A stretch of DNA of 64,000 nt from positions 723 through 64,722 of the forward strand of contig CAJKMT010000002.1 of assembly GCA_905201055.1 (NCBI GenBank), read 5' to 3'. The position numbers were made by a program, and so were the translations under genes. The notes under the pieces were generated by a model. The model was not told the origin of the DNA and ran no database searches. It was given only the letters and a program-made list of their open reading frames with translations. Each line of letters starts with the position of its first letter. Within the stretch, counting starts at the first letter, position 1. Source of the DNA: an uncultured Sutterella sp. (GTDB lineage Bacteria > Pseudomonadota > Gammaproteobacteria > Burkholderiales > Burkholderiaceae_F). Of the stretch, positions 50,366-60,046 are shown in pieces.

Positions 50366-51958
50366 ATGTCTAAAAAATTACTTGTTGTGATCCTGGCGGG
50401 TTTGCTGGGAAGCGCGCAGGCCGAGACCCTGCGTTTTGCCAGTCAAGGCGACTTTCTCACGTTTGACGTACACAGTCAAAATGAGTCCTTGAATACGGCG
50501 GCAACAGGTTATTTGTACGATTCTTTATTTGCTTACGATAAGAACTGGAAAGTAATCCCCTGGTTGGCCGAATCCTGGAGCAGAAACAAAGAAAATACGG
50601 GCTGGATCCTCAACATCCGCAAAGGTGTGAAATTTCATGAAGGTCAGACGCTGACAGCTCGTGACGTGGCTTTTTCGCTAAACCGCGCATTGGAGCCCAG
50701 CAGTCAATTTAAAAACAACATGCTCGGTATTAAATCGGCCAAAGTGTTGGACGAGCATACTGTTTTAGTTGAAACCGTATCGGCCTCCCCTGTTTTTTTC
50801 CGTCAATTGATTGATGTGCGCATCATCAACTACGAATGGGCCAAAGCCCACAATGCGCTTCATCCTCAAAACGCCAGTGCCCAGGAAGAATCTTACATGG
50901 CGCGCCACGCCAACGGCACCGGTCCCTTTAAGCTTGAGAGCCGAGAAGTTGACTCCAAGACCGTTTTCGTTGAAAACCCCAATTGGTGGAATAAAGCCGC
51001 CAAAACCGGCAACGTCACCCGTATTGAGTACACGCCGATTTCCTCCAACGCCACTCGCACCGCAGCGCTCTTGTCCGGGCAAATTGATCTCGTGATCGAC
51101 CCGCCCACCCAGGACATCGCCCGTCTTGAGAGAAACAAAGACATCGTGGTGCGAAACGGCGCAGAAAACCGCGTTGTCATGATCACTCTTGATCAATTCA
51201 GTGACAAGCCCCTTTTTGTCAACGTCCCCGGCAAAGATAAGGTCAATCCTTTTAAAGACAAACGCGTGCGCCAAGCGCTCTATGAAGCCATCGACATGAA
51301 GGCGATCCAGCGTGCAGTCATGCGCGGAAAGTCGGTGCCGACCGGCACAATCATTGCTCAGTCGGTCAATGGCTGGACCCCTGAATTGGCTCAGCGCTAT
51401 CCATACGATCCCAAGCACGCCAAGCAGCTTCTGGCCGAAGCCGGTTACCCCAACGGTTTCAGTTTTACGATTGACACCCCGAATAACCGTTGGATCAACG
51501 ACGAAGCCATCACCAAAGCGATCGCGTCCATGTGGACAAAGATTGGGCTGACCGTCAGCGTCAATGCAATGCCCCGCTCGCAGTTTTTCCCGAAGATTTT
51601 GTCTCTGAACTCTTCGGCTTATCTTGTTGCCTGGGGGATTAACACTTTTGACGGGCTCTACGGACTGCAAAGTCTGTCTCAAACCTTTAATGCCAAAACT
51701 GGTACCGGTTTGGCTAATCTCGGCCGCGTAAGCGATGCAAGAATTGATAAGCTCATCGCTCAGGCTGAAGTTGAGGCCGATGACGAAAAACGTACCGCCA
51801 TCATCACCGAAGCACTGAAACTCGAAAAAGAGAACTATTACCACATTCCACTACATGAGCAGTCTCTGACTTGGGCTATGCGTAAAAATATTGACGCACA
51901 AGTGACACCCAACAACAGAGTCGACGCTTTGACGGTTACGGTTCATCCCGTTAAATAA
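50366..51958 (+). CDS. dppA: Peptide ABC transporter substrate-binding protein (family 5)
   Basis: Signal ending AQA; PWLAESW, RKGVKFH, GTGPF, DKRVRQAL, YDPKHAKQLLAEAG. Confidence 0.88.
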   Translation: MSKKLLVVILAGLLGSAQAETLRFASQGDFLTFDVHSQNESLNTAATGYLYDSLFAYDKNWKVIPWLAESWSRNKENTGWILNIRKGVKFHEGQTLTARDVAFSLNRALEPSSQFKNNMLGIKSAKVLDEHTVLVETVSASPVFFRQLIDVRIINYEWAKAHNALHPQNASAQEESYMARHANGTGPFKLESREVDSKTVFVENPNWWNKAAKTGNVTRIEYTPISSNATRTAALLSGQIDLVIDPPTQDIARLERNKDIVVRNGAENRVVMITLDQFSDKPLFVNVPGKDKVNPFKDKRVRQALYEAIDMKAIQRAVMRGKSVPTGTIIAQSVNGWTPELAQRYPYDPKHAKQLLAEAGYPNGFSFTIDTPNNRWINDEAITKAIASMWTKIGLTVSVNAMPRSQFFPKILSLNSSAYLVAWGINTFDGLYGLQSLSQTFNAKTGTGLANLGRVSDARIDKLIAQAEVEADDEKRTAIITEALKLEKENYYHIPLHEQSLTWAMRKNIDAQVTPNNRVDALTVTVHPVK

Positions 51959-52066
51959 TCACCAAAAGCGCATCTCAAGGTAGTCGGAACTGCTCAGGCG
52001 ATATCCTCACCGAGGTTATCGCCATTGGGCGTTTCGGCGTGAATGCAAATTTTTCGAGTATCAAAC

Positions 52067-53047
52067 ATGTTGGAATTTTTTATCAGACGAATCATTCAGG
52101 CGGCAGTCGTTCTCTTTGTAGTCGCTTTTATCGCTTTTTTGCTTTTTCAGTTCGTCGGCGACCCGGTCTCTCAAATGCTTGGCATCGAATCGACACAAGC
52201 CGACCGTGACCGACTTCGTGAGGCGCTCGGTCTTAATGACCCGTTCTACGTTCAGTTCTTTCACTTCATCGCCAACGCCGCCAGCGGCGACTTCGGCATC
52301 AGCCTTCGCCAGGGAACGCCCGTTTCCGAACTGATTGCCGATCGCTTACCTGCCACTTTTGAATTGGCTGTTGTCAGCGTCGTCATCGCCACCGTGCTGG
52401 GTGTTGCGCTGGGCGTCGTTGTCGCGATCTACCGTGACAGTTTTCTAGCCCGTTTTCTTATGGGCTTTTCATTGGTCGGCATCAGTCTTCCGACATTCTT
52501 AATCGGTATTTTGTTTATTCTCGTTTTCTCCGTTTGGCTCGGCTGGCTGCCAAGCTACGGGCGAGGTGAAGTGATCGAGTTGGGCGGCTGGAGCACAGGG
52601 CTTTTGACCGCAGACGGCTGGGCTCATATGATTCTGCCCGCTCTCACGCTTTCCGTTTTTCAACTCGCGCTCATCATGCGACTTGTCCGGGCAGAAATGC
52701 TCGAAGTCCTGAGATCCGACTTCATCAAATTCGCTCGTGCCCGCGGACTTGGCGAGCGCTCGATTCATTTTCGGCATGCACTCAAAAACACACTGATTCC
52801 TGTCATTACCATTGTGGGACTGCAGTTAGGCGGCATTATTGCCTTTTCAATTGTCACGGAAACGGTTTTTCAATGGCCGGGCCTCGGACTTTTATTCATT
52901 CAGGCCGTGCAGTTTGCCGACATTCCGGTGATGACCTGCTATCTGTGCCTGATCGCTTTGATGTTCGTGCTCATCAATTTCCTCGTTGACTGGCTCTATA
53001 CGGTGGTTGACCCACGGTTAAAACCCGGTCTTTCCAGAAGCCATTAA
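52067..53047 (+). CDS. dppB: Peptide ABC permease
   Basis: GDFGISL, RLPATFEL, ARARGL, ETVFQWPGLG, DPRL. Confidence 0.9.
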   Translation: MLEFFIRRIIQAAVVLFVVAFIAFLLFQFVGDPVSQMLGIESTQADRDRLREALGLNDPFYVQFFHFIANAASGDFGISLRQGTPVSELIADRLPATFELAVVSVVIATVLGVALGVVVAIYRDSFLARFLMGFSLVGISLPTFLIGILFILVFSVWLGWLPSYGRGEVIELGGWSTGLLTADGWAHMILPALTLSVFQLALIMRLVRAEMLEVLRSDFIKFARARGLGERSIHFRHALKNTLIPVITIVGLQLGGIIAFSIVTETVFQWPGLGLLFIQAVQFADIPVMTCYLCLIALMFVLINFLVDWLYTVVDPRLKPGLSRSH

Positions 53048-53061
53048 AGAGGAGAAATCAA

Positions 53062-53988
53062 ATGACAATCCGCATAACAGACACTTGGATCGCCTTCAAA
53101 GACAGTGACATATTCTGGAGCTTCAAACATTCTCCTGTTGCCATCCTCGCGCTCGCTGTCACTCTCCTTTTAATGATCTCGGCGCTTTTTGCCCAAATCA
53201 TTGCGCCCTTTAACCCGTACGATTTGGCCAGCCTCGATTTAATGAACGCGCACCTGCCGCCTTCATGGTTCGAAGGCGGTGACTCGCAATTTTGGTTGGG
53301 AACGGACGACCAGGGCAGAGATCTCTACTCAACGATTTTGTACGGCTTGAGACTGTCTTTAAAGATCGGGCTCATTTCGGTCATCCTGTCTCTTATTTTG
53401 GGCATTACGCTCGGACTGATTTCCGGCTTTGTGGGCGGCAGGCTTGATGCCTTCATCATGAGAATCTGCGACGTGATGCTCAGTTTCCCCGCCATCCTGA
53501 TCGCGCTTTTAATTGACGGTATTGCCCGTGCAAGTCTCTCTCAACAAATTCATGATGAATTGGCAGAACCCGTGCTGATTCTGGCCATCACACTCTCGGG
53601 CTGGGTGCAGTACGCAAGAACCGTTCGGGGTCAGACTCTGGTTGAAAAGCAAAAAGACTACGTCAGCGCTGCCAAACTGATCGGCGCAAGCACCGGTCGA
53701 ATTCTTTTCAAGCACCTCATGCCCAATGTCATGAGTTCGGTGCTGGTGCTTGCCACCGTTCATGTGGGCACAGCGGTCATCACCGAAGCCACGCTGTCTT
53801 TCCTTGGGGTCGGCGTTCCGCCCACAACACCGTCGTTGGGCACACTCATTCGTGTCGGCAATGAATTTCTCTTTTCCGGCGAATGGTGGATCAGCATCTT
53901 CCCCGGTCTTGCCCTTGTTGCCCTCGTGTTATCCGTCAATCTTCTAGGCGATTGGCTGCGTGATGCACTCAATCCCAAACTGCGTTAA
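53062..53988 (+). CDS. dppC: Peptide ABC permease
   Basis: LGTDDQGRD, YVSAAKLIGA, EATLSFLG, GDWLRDALNP. Confidence 0.9.
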   Translation: MTIRITDTWIAFKDSDIFWSFKHSPVAILALAVTLLLMISALFAQIIAPFNPYDLASLDLMNAHLPPSWFEGGDSQFWLGTDDQGRDLYSTILYGLRLSLKIGLISVILSLILGITLGLISGFVGGRLDAFIMRICDVMLSFPAILIALLIDGIARASLSQQIHDELAEPVLILAITLSGWVQYARTVRGQTLVEKQKDYVSAAKLIGASTGRILFKHLMPNVMSSVLVLATVHVGTAVITEATLSFLGVGVPPTTPSLGTLIRVGNEFLFSGEWWISIFPGLALVALVLSVNLLGDWLRDALNPKLR

Positions 53989-54000
53989 GGAGTATCAATC

Positions 54001-54993
54001 ATGGCAGACAATGTTCTTGAAGTTCAGCACCTGCGTGTTGAATTCCCAACGCGAAAAGGGTTGCTTGTTGCAGTCGACGATGTCAGTTTTGAAATTGCAG
54101 AGGGTGAAATTTTGGGACTCGTCGGAGAGTCCGGGGCCGGAAAGTCATTGACGGGAGCCGCGATTATCGGGCTGCTGGAGCCGCCCGGACACATTGCGGG
54201 CGGCGAAATCAATGTGGGCGGCCACAGAATTGATAATTTATCCGAAAAAAAGATGAGCTCAGTGCGAGGCCGCATGATCGGCGCCATCTTTCAAGATCCG
54301 CTCACTTCATTGGATCCGTTAATGACAATCGGGGACCAATTGGTTGAAACCATCATGCGTCATCTGCCCTTGGACGTCCATGAAGCAAAAGCGCGTGCCA
54401 TTGAGCTTCTCTCTCAAACCGGAATTCCTGCCCCGGAAAAGCGTTTCAATCAATACCCGCATCAATTCTCAGGCGGCATGCGCCAGAGAGTGGTGATTGC
54501 CCTGGCGTTGGCGGCAAGACCCAAACTCATTATCGCCGACGAACCGACCACCGCACTTGACGTATCGGTTCAGGCACAAATTATTGAACTTTTGAAAAAA
54601 CTCGCTCACGAATCCCGCTCGGGCGTTTTACTCATCACACACGATATGGGAGTCATTGCAGAAACGGCCAATCGAGTCGCCGTTATGTATTCGGGACGCA
54701 TTGTCGAAATAGGACCTGTGGCCGAGGTGCTTCACAATCCCAAGCACCCGTACACAAAAGGTCTGATGGCAGCCATTCCCGACATGAGTGAAACAACCGA
54801 ATTTCTTCATCAGATCGAAGGCTCCATGCCTAACTTAGCCAATATTCCCGCCGGTTGCGCTTTCCATAATCGATGCCCGCAAAAAACGGACAAATGCACG
54901 GCGCTTCGCCCTCACCTCGTTAGCGCGGCCCCTTGTCACAAGGTAGCCTGTTGGCTCACTGAAGATAAAACACAGAACCCGGGAGAGGCATAA
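54001..54993 (+). CDS. dppD: Peptide ABC ATPase
   Basis: GESGAGKS, YPHQFSGGMRQR, HPYT, C-terminal Cys cluster. Confidence 0.9.
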   Translation: MADNVLEVQHLRVEFPTRKGLLVAVDDVSFEIAEGEILGLVGESGAGKSLTGAAIIGLLEPPGHIAGGEINVGGHRIDNLSEKKMSSVRGRMIGAIFQDPLTSLDPLMTIGDQLVETIMRHLPLDVHEAKARAIELLSQTGIPAPEKRFNQYPHQFSGGMRQRVVIALALAARPKLIIADEPTTALDVSVQAQIIELLKKLAHESRSGVLLITHDMGVIAETANRVAVMYSGRIVEIGPVAEVLHNPKHPYTKGLMAAIPDMSETTEFLHQIEGSMPNLANIPAGCAFHNRCPQKTDKCTALRPHLVSAAPCHKVACWLTEDKTQNPGEA

Positions 54994-56021
54994 TGACAAG
55001 CAATACAAACAACCAAATTCTTGTGCAAGTCAAACACTTGACGAAAAAGTTTGACGTTTCCGATCCCTGGCTCACAAGAGTTTTCAATCACTCTGCCAAG
55101 GCAACTCTTACAGCAGTTGACGACGTGAGTTTTGAAATTTATCGCGGCGAAATTTTATCGTTGGTCGGTGAATCAGGCTGCGGGAAAAGCACCACGGCAA
55201 AGCTTTTGTGCGGTCTTTATGAACCCAGCTTCGGCAGCATTACTATCGACGGAATTGACCTTAAAACGCTCGGTGAAAAAAAGAGTCCTTTGGCAAAAAG
55301 TCTGCGGCGTCGCGTTAACATGATTTTCCAGGACCCCTACGCAAGTCTTAATCCTCGCTGGAGGGTGCGAGACATTATCGCTGAGCCCATCCGGGTACAA
55401 AACCTTTTGAGTGAAGAGACGGCCATTAATGATCGAGTCAATGAACTGATGGGGCTTGTGAAATTAAATCCTCAGGATGCCGACAAATACCCGCACCAAT
55501 TTTCAGGCGGTCAGCGCCAGCGCATCTCCATTGCGCGAGCCTTGGCAAGCAAACCGGAATTTTTAATTTGTGATGAACCCACCTCAGCCCTAGACGTATC
55601 CGTTCAGGCGCAAATCCTCAATCTCATGCTTTCGGTGCAAAAGAAGGTCGGCTTAACCTATCTCTTTATCTCTCATAATCTTTCGGTCGTGCACCATATC
55701 TCTGACCGAGTGGGCGTTATGTACCTGGGACGCTTGGTTGAACTTGCCCCCAAAGCGGAACTTTTCAAGGCACCCAGGCACCCTTACACCAAGATGCTTC
55801 TTGATGCGATTCCTGATATGAAAATGACCGGGAAACCCCGCATTCCGATTAAAGGCGAGGTACCGAACCCTCTGAATCCGCCATCAGGCTGCGCCTTTCA
55901 TCCCCGCTGCCCCTATGCCTGTCAACGCTGTCGGGATGAGAAACCGATACTTAAAAGCTACGAAAAAAACGGGCAAACCATCCGAGTGGCTTGCCACGCT
56001 GTCGAGGAAAATAGACTTTAA
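54993..56021 (+). CDS. dppF: Peptide ABC ATPase
   Basis: GESGCGKS, FQDPYASLNPR, FSGGQRQR, GCAFHPRC. Confidence 0.9.
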   Translation: MTSNTNNQILVQVKHLTKKFDVSDPWLTRVFNHSAKATLTAVDDVSFEIYRGEILSLVGESGCGKSTTAKLLCGLYEPSFGSITIDGIDLKTLGEKKSPLAKSLRRRVNMIFQDPYASLNPRWRVRDIIAEPIRVQNLLSEETAINDRVNELMGLVKLNPQDADKYPHQFSGGQRQRISIARALASKPEFLICDEPTSALDVSVQAQILNLMLSVQKKVGLTYLFISHNLSVVHHISDRVGVMYLGRLVELAPKAELFKAPRHPYTKMLLDAIPDMKMTGKPRIPIKGEVPNPLNPPSGCAFHPRCPYACQRCRDEKPILKSYEKNGQTIRVACHAVEENRL

Positions 56022-56036
56022 TGTTGACAGAATTCT

Positions 56037-56067
56037 GCCGGACGGCAGCCGCAAGGCTGCCACCGGC
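56037..56067. terminator. GC-rich hairpin between convergent dppF and ppx
   Basis: GCCGG-ac-GGCAGCC-gcaa-GGCTGCC-a-CCGGC. Confidence 0.6.
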
Positions 56068-56073
56068 TGCTTA

Positions 56074-57732
56074 TCAGTCGTCGGTTAAGAATAATTGCCG
56101 GTCCTGAACCGAGAATTGAACATCAATTGCCTGCCCGAACACTCTCTTTGTATGTTTACGGATTTTATCGGCCGCCGCTTCTTCTAAAGGCGTAGGCGCG
56201 GATAAACTCACCTGGATACTCAAACGCTGTCCTTTCTTTATGAGCTTGACGCTTTGGGCGAGCGAACGATGGGTTCTTTCAAGATTTTCGGCAATAAAAA
56301 GCGACACCGCCGCCCACTTTTCTGAATCGGTGGGCTGATCGCCGGCTAAAAAGCTCGGTAACTCTCCGCTCGGGCGTGAGTGCCAAAATACCAAACGGGC
56401 AATGGTGATCACTTCCTGCTCGGTAAAGCCCAACAACGGGCAATGCCGAACCAAATAAGCCCCGTGCATGTAGTGCTTATCGTAGGAGATGGCAATGCCA
56501 ATATCGTGCAGACGTGCCGCATAACCCAACAGTTCTTCAAGACCGGTCTGCGGTTCGCAAAGTTTCATTTTCTGAACTTGCTCAAAAAGGCTCAGCGCCA
56601 ACATGCCGACATGTTTGGCGTGAACTTTTTCGCAGTGATAATGCTTAGCCAGAGTCTTGACACTCTTTCTTCGCCAATAATTTTCCCGTTTGCCGTCACA
56701 CTTGAAATGTCTTTCGATGTAATCGACGACTTGACCGTCCTGCAGGTTATTGGGCGTAATGTATACGCACGGCAAATCCAAAGCCTGCAAAATCGAAAGC
56801 AGAATCGCTGCGCCGCCCACAATGACCTGAGCTCGTGAGGGACTTAAACCGGGCAGCGTTTCGCGCTCGGCCGCGGTCATCTGTGACAGCCACTTTGCCA
56901 GCGAAGCAATCTGGGCGCGTTTGAGCTCGATACCGATATCACGCTGCACAAAACCGCCCTGGGGGCCAAACTTCGACTGAGCCAGCGTCAAAAGCGCCTG
57001 AGCAGTGCCTGAGCTGGCAATCGCCGTCGTGTAATCCAAGTGTCCGACAGTCTTGAGAATGTGCTGAATTTTTTCCAATGCTTTTTGCTGCATCTTGGAA
57101 AAAACACCGGAGGAAATCTTGCCCTGAGCGTTGCCCTTGAAGGCATCGGTCATCATCACACAACCGATGTTGAGCGACTCCAAAAATGAAATCTTTTCAC
57201 GGGAAGAAACGGAAATTTCCGTACTGCCGCCGCCGATGTCGATGAATAAATAGGAATCTCGAGTCTTAGGCAATGAGTCCCAAATACCGACTCGAATCAA
57301 GCGGGCTTCTTCATCACCCGAGATAACATGAAGATCGTAGCCGGTTTTTTCTTTGACACGGCGGACAAAATCCATGCTGTTTTTTGCCACGCGCAGTGCG
57401 GCCGTACCCACAGCTACCACATCAGCCACACCATAAGAGCGGCACACTTCGGCAAATTCCACCAAACAGGACAAAGCACGCTCCATCGCCTGAGGCTGAA
57501 GCTCTTTCGTTTCAAAAGCTTTCTCGCCCAAACGCACCATGCTTTTGACTCGGTTTAAAACCGTGACGCGTCCCCGTCTGTCGAATTCCACAACAGTCAG
57601 ACGCGAGGAGTTACTTCCCAAGTCGATGAAACCGACTCGAGTCACTGTCGGGTTGGGTCGTACAAAGGCACTCGCCTCCGACTTGGCCGATTCCTCGACC
57701 AAGTTCGCATACTGATGATTGGTTGTCGCCAT
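56074..57732 (-). CDS. ppx: Ppx/GppA exopolyphosphatase
   Basis: IDLGSNS, TAALRVAKN, SGDEEARL, DIGGGSTE, C-terminal LHDIG domain; ATG 57732 directly after ppk1. Confidence 0.92.
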   Translation of the reverse strand: MATTNHQYANLVEESAKSEASAFVRPNPTVTRVGFIDLGSNSSRLTVVEFDRRGRVTVLNRVKSMVRLGEKAFETKELQPQAMERALSCLVEFAEVCRSYGVADVVAVGTAALRVAKNSMDFVRRVKEKTGYDLHVISGDEEARLIRVGIWDSLPKTRDSYLFIDIGGGSTEISVSSREKISFLESLNIGCVMMTDAFKGNAQGKISSGVFSKMQQKALEKIQHILKTVGHLDYTTAIASSGTAQALLTLAQSKFGPQGGFVQRDIGIELKRAQIASLAKWLSQMTAAERETLPGLSPSRAQVIVGGAAILLSILQALDLPCVYITPNNLQDGQVVDYIERHFKCDGKRENYWRRKSVKTLAKHYHCEKVHAKHVGMLALSLFEQVQKMKLCEPQTGLEELLGYAARLHDIGIAISYDKHYMHGAYLVRHCPLLGFTEQEVITIARLVFWHSRPSGELPSFLAGDQPTDSEKWAAVSLFIAENLERTHRSLAQSVKLIKKGQRLSIQVSLSAPTPLEEAAADKIRKHTKRVFGQAIDVQFSVQDRQLFLTDD

Positions 57733-57734
57733 TT

Positions 57735-59819
57735 TTAGTAAAGACTCTTCAGATGGTTTTGGGCATTCTGAGCGTCTACCTTCTTGACACCCTTGGCGCG
57801 GACGTAGCGCTTGTAGGCGCCCGTCGGCAGCATAATCCAAGACTGTTCGGTATCGCTCAGCTGCAGTCTCAAAATATTCGTCATGATATTACGACGAATC
57901 TTTTCATGGCAAATCGGCGTGAGCACTTCAATACGACCGTTGAGGTTACGGTTCATCATGTCTGCACTGCCGATGTACATCCGTTCATCACCATTGTGGT
58001 TAAACCAGTACACACGGGCATGCTCAAGGTAGCGTCCCACAATGGATTTAACCGTAATGTTTTCAGACAAACCGGGAATGCCGGGACGCAGACAGCAGAT
58101 ACCGCGCACGATGCACTCGATCTTCACGCCCGCAATACTCGCCTGATAGAGCTCTGCGATGATATCGCCGTCGACGAGCTGGTTGCACTTGATAATGATG
58201 TGACCGTTGCCGTGTTCACGGTGCAGCTGCACTTCCTCACGAATAAGCTCAGTGATACTGGGACGAAGGCTCTTCGGGGACACAAAAAGCTTACGATAGT
58301 TCGAAATATCGCCGCAGCCTGTCATCACGTTAAACAAATCGGTCACGTCAGCGCAAATATCATCATCTGCAGTAATCAGACCAAGATCGGTATAAATCTT
58401 TGCCGAAGAGGCGTTGTAATTGCCCGTTCCGATATGAGCGTAGCGCTTGATACCGCTTGCTTCACGGCGAATCACCAGACAGAGCTTGGCGTGAATCTTC
58501 AAGCCCACAAAACCGTAAACCACATTGACGCCGGCTCGTTCCAACTCCTCAGCCCAATTGATGTTGCGCTCTTCGTCAAAACGTGCTTTCAGTTCCACCA
58601 CAGCGGTCACCTGTTTGCCGCGGCGGCGCGCTTCAAGCAGGCTTCGGATCACGGGAGAATCACTGCCGCAGCGATAAAGCGTTTGTTTGATAGCCACCAC
58701 TTTCGGGTCACGTGCGGCCTGCTCAATAAAATTGAGTACACCCTGGAATCGGTCATAGGGGTGATAAAGCACAATATCGCGTTTTTTGATTGCTTCAAAG
58801 CAATCCGACTCACCGTCAAGCTCTTTGGCTAACTTTGTGGGATCGGGTTTGTATTGAAGTTTGGGACGATCGATGCAGCCCAGGCTCATGAATTCGGAGA
58901 AAGCGAGCGGCATCTTTTGCTTATAGATCTGATGGGGTTTCACATCCAGGTGATCAATCAAAAGATCGGCGAGACGAACAGGCATACCGCGCCCCATTTC
59001 GACGCGAACGATGTCGCCAAAGCGTCTCTGATCAACGTAATCACGCACCGCTGCCAACAAATCATCGGCTTCGTCTTCTTCAATTTCTCCGTCCGTATTA
59101 CGGGTAATGCGGAACTGACCGGCTGCATTGACCTTGTAGCCCGGGAAAAGCCGCTCCATGCATTCTTCGATCAGATCTTCGACGAGCACTACGTTGATTT
59201 CACTGTAATTTGAATCGTAGGAGAGCTTCGGATTAACCGCTTCCTTGCCTCGCGGCAGATAAAGGAAACGGGGCACATTATTCGGACACTTCAAGCGAGC
59301 GTAACGAATATCGTTTTTGTTCTTTTCATTGACCAATTCAATGATGAAATTGATACTCGTATTGGACACCAAGGGGAAGGGGTGACCGGAGTCGATTGCC
59401 TGGGGTGTAAGGATCGGATAAATTTCATGATCAAAGTAGTTACTCAGAATCTCACGCTTTTTCTGCGGAAGATCCGCGTAATTGACGATACGAATAGACT
59501 GTTTTTCGAGCTCAGGCAAAATGCCCTTTTTCCAAAGTTCCTCGGCTTGTTCAGTGAGTTCGCGAACACGGCGGCCGATTTCCGCAAGCTGCCGTCTCGG
59601 GGGCAACTTATCGGCACCGGTTGCCTCTGCACCGCTTTGGACCTGTTTCCAAACGTTGGCAACACGAACCATGAAGAATTCATCCAGATTGCTCTGGAAA
59701 ATCGAAACGAAGCTCAGCCGTTCGCAAAGCGGAACGTCCTCCCGTTCCGCTTCCTCCAGCACGCGCTCGTTAAATTTTAACCAGGAAAGCTCCCGATTGC
59801 GGTAGACCGTGTTTTCCAC
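57735..59819 (-). CDS. ppk1: Polyphosphate kinase 1 (probably chimeric; first ~50 codons from another organism)
   Basis: NRELSWLKFNERVL, SNLDEFFMVRV, HPFP, ELKARFDE, KIHAK, GTGNYN, RYLEHAR; GTG start. Confidence 0.93.
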   Translation of the reverse strand: MENTVYRNRELSWLKFNERVLEEAEREDVPLCERLSFVSIFQSNLDEFFMVRVANVWKQVQSGAEATGADKLPPRRQLAEIGRRVRELTEQAEELWKKGILPELEKQSIRIVNYADLPQKKREILSNYFDHEIYPILTPQAIDSGHPFPLVSNTSINFIIELVNEKNKNDIRYARLKCPNNVPRFLYLPRGKEAVNPKLSYDSNYSEINVVLVEDLIEECMERLFPGYKVNAAGQFRITRNTDGEIEEDEADDLLAAVRDYVDQRRFGDIVRVEMGRGMPVRLADLLIDHLDVKPHQIYKQKMPLAFSEFMSLGCIDRPKLQYKPDPTKLAKELDGESDCFEAIKKRDIVLYHPYDRFQGVLNFIEQAARDPKVVAIKQTLYRCGSDSPVIRSLLEARRRGKQVTAVVELKARFDEERNINWAEELERAGVNVVYGFVGLKIHAKLCLVIRREASGIKRYAHIGTGNYNASSAKIYTDLGLITADDDICADVTDLFNVMTGCGDISNYRKLFVSPKSLRPSITELIREEVQLHREHGNGHIIIKCNQLVDGDIIAELYQASIAGVKIECIVRGICCLRPGIPGLSENITVKSIVGRYLEHARVYWFNHNGDERMYIGSADMMNRNLNGRIEVLTPICHEKIRRNIMTNILRLQLSDTEQSWIMLPTGAYKRYVRAKGVKKVDAQNAQNHLKSLY

Positions 59820-59998
59820 AGAAGATCATCCTCGCTTCTCCGCCAGGCGGTGGATGGGCCAGGCGGCATCCTGCATTTTGCTGTTATTCATTCGCCACGG
59901 ATTGGCATTTCCCTTCCAGGGCCTTTGCCCACAAAGGGGAACACCCTGTAAATTTTCGATCATTTTTTCCTGCCGGACGCAGCGCTTCCGGGCAAAGC

Positions 59999-60009
59999 TG
60001 TGCTATAAT
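59999..60009 (+). promoter_or_regulatory. Extended -10 promoter element
   Basis: TGTGCTATAAT 38 nt upstream of the M28 peptidase start, a Firmicutes-type TG-extended -10. Confidence 0.6.
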
Positions 60010-60046
60010 CATGGCAACCATAACTTATGAAGGAGGGCATAGGGAT

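Noticed and set aside
57733..57840. N-terminal extension of ppx
   Set aside because: Overlaps the ppk1 3' end; ATG 57732 follows the ppk1 stop directly.
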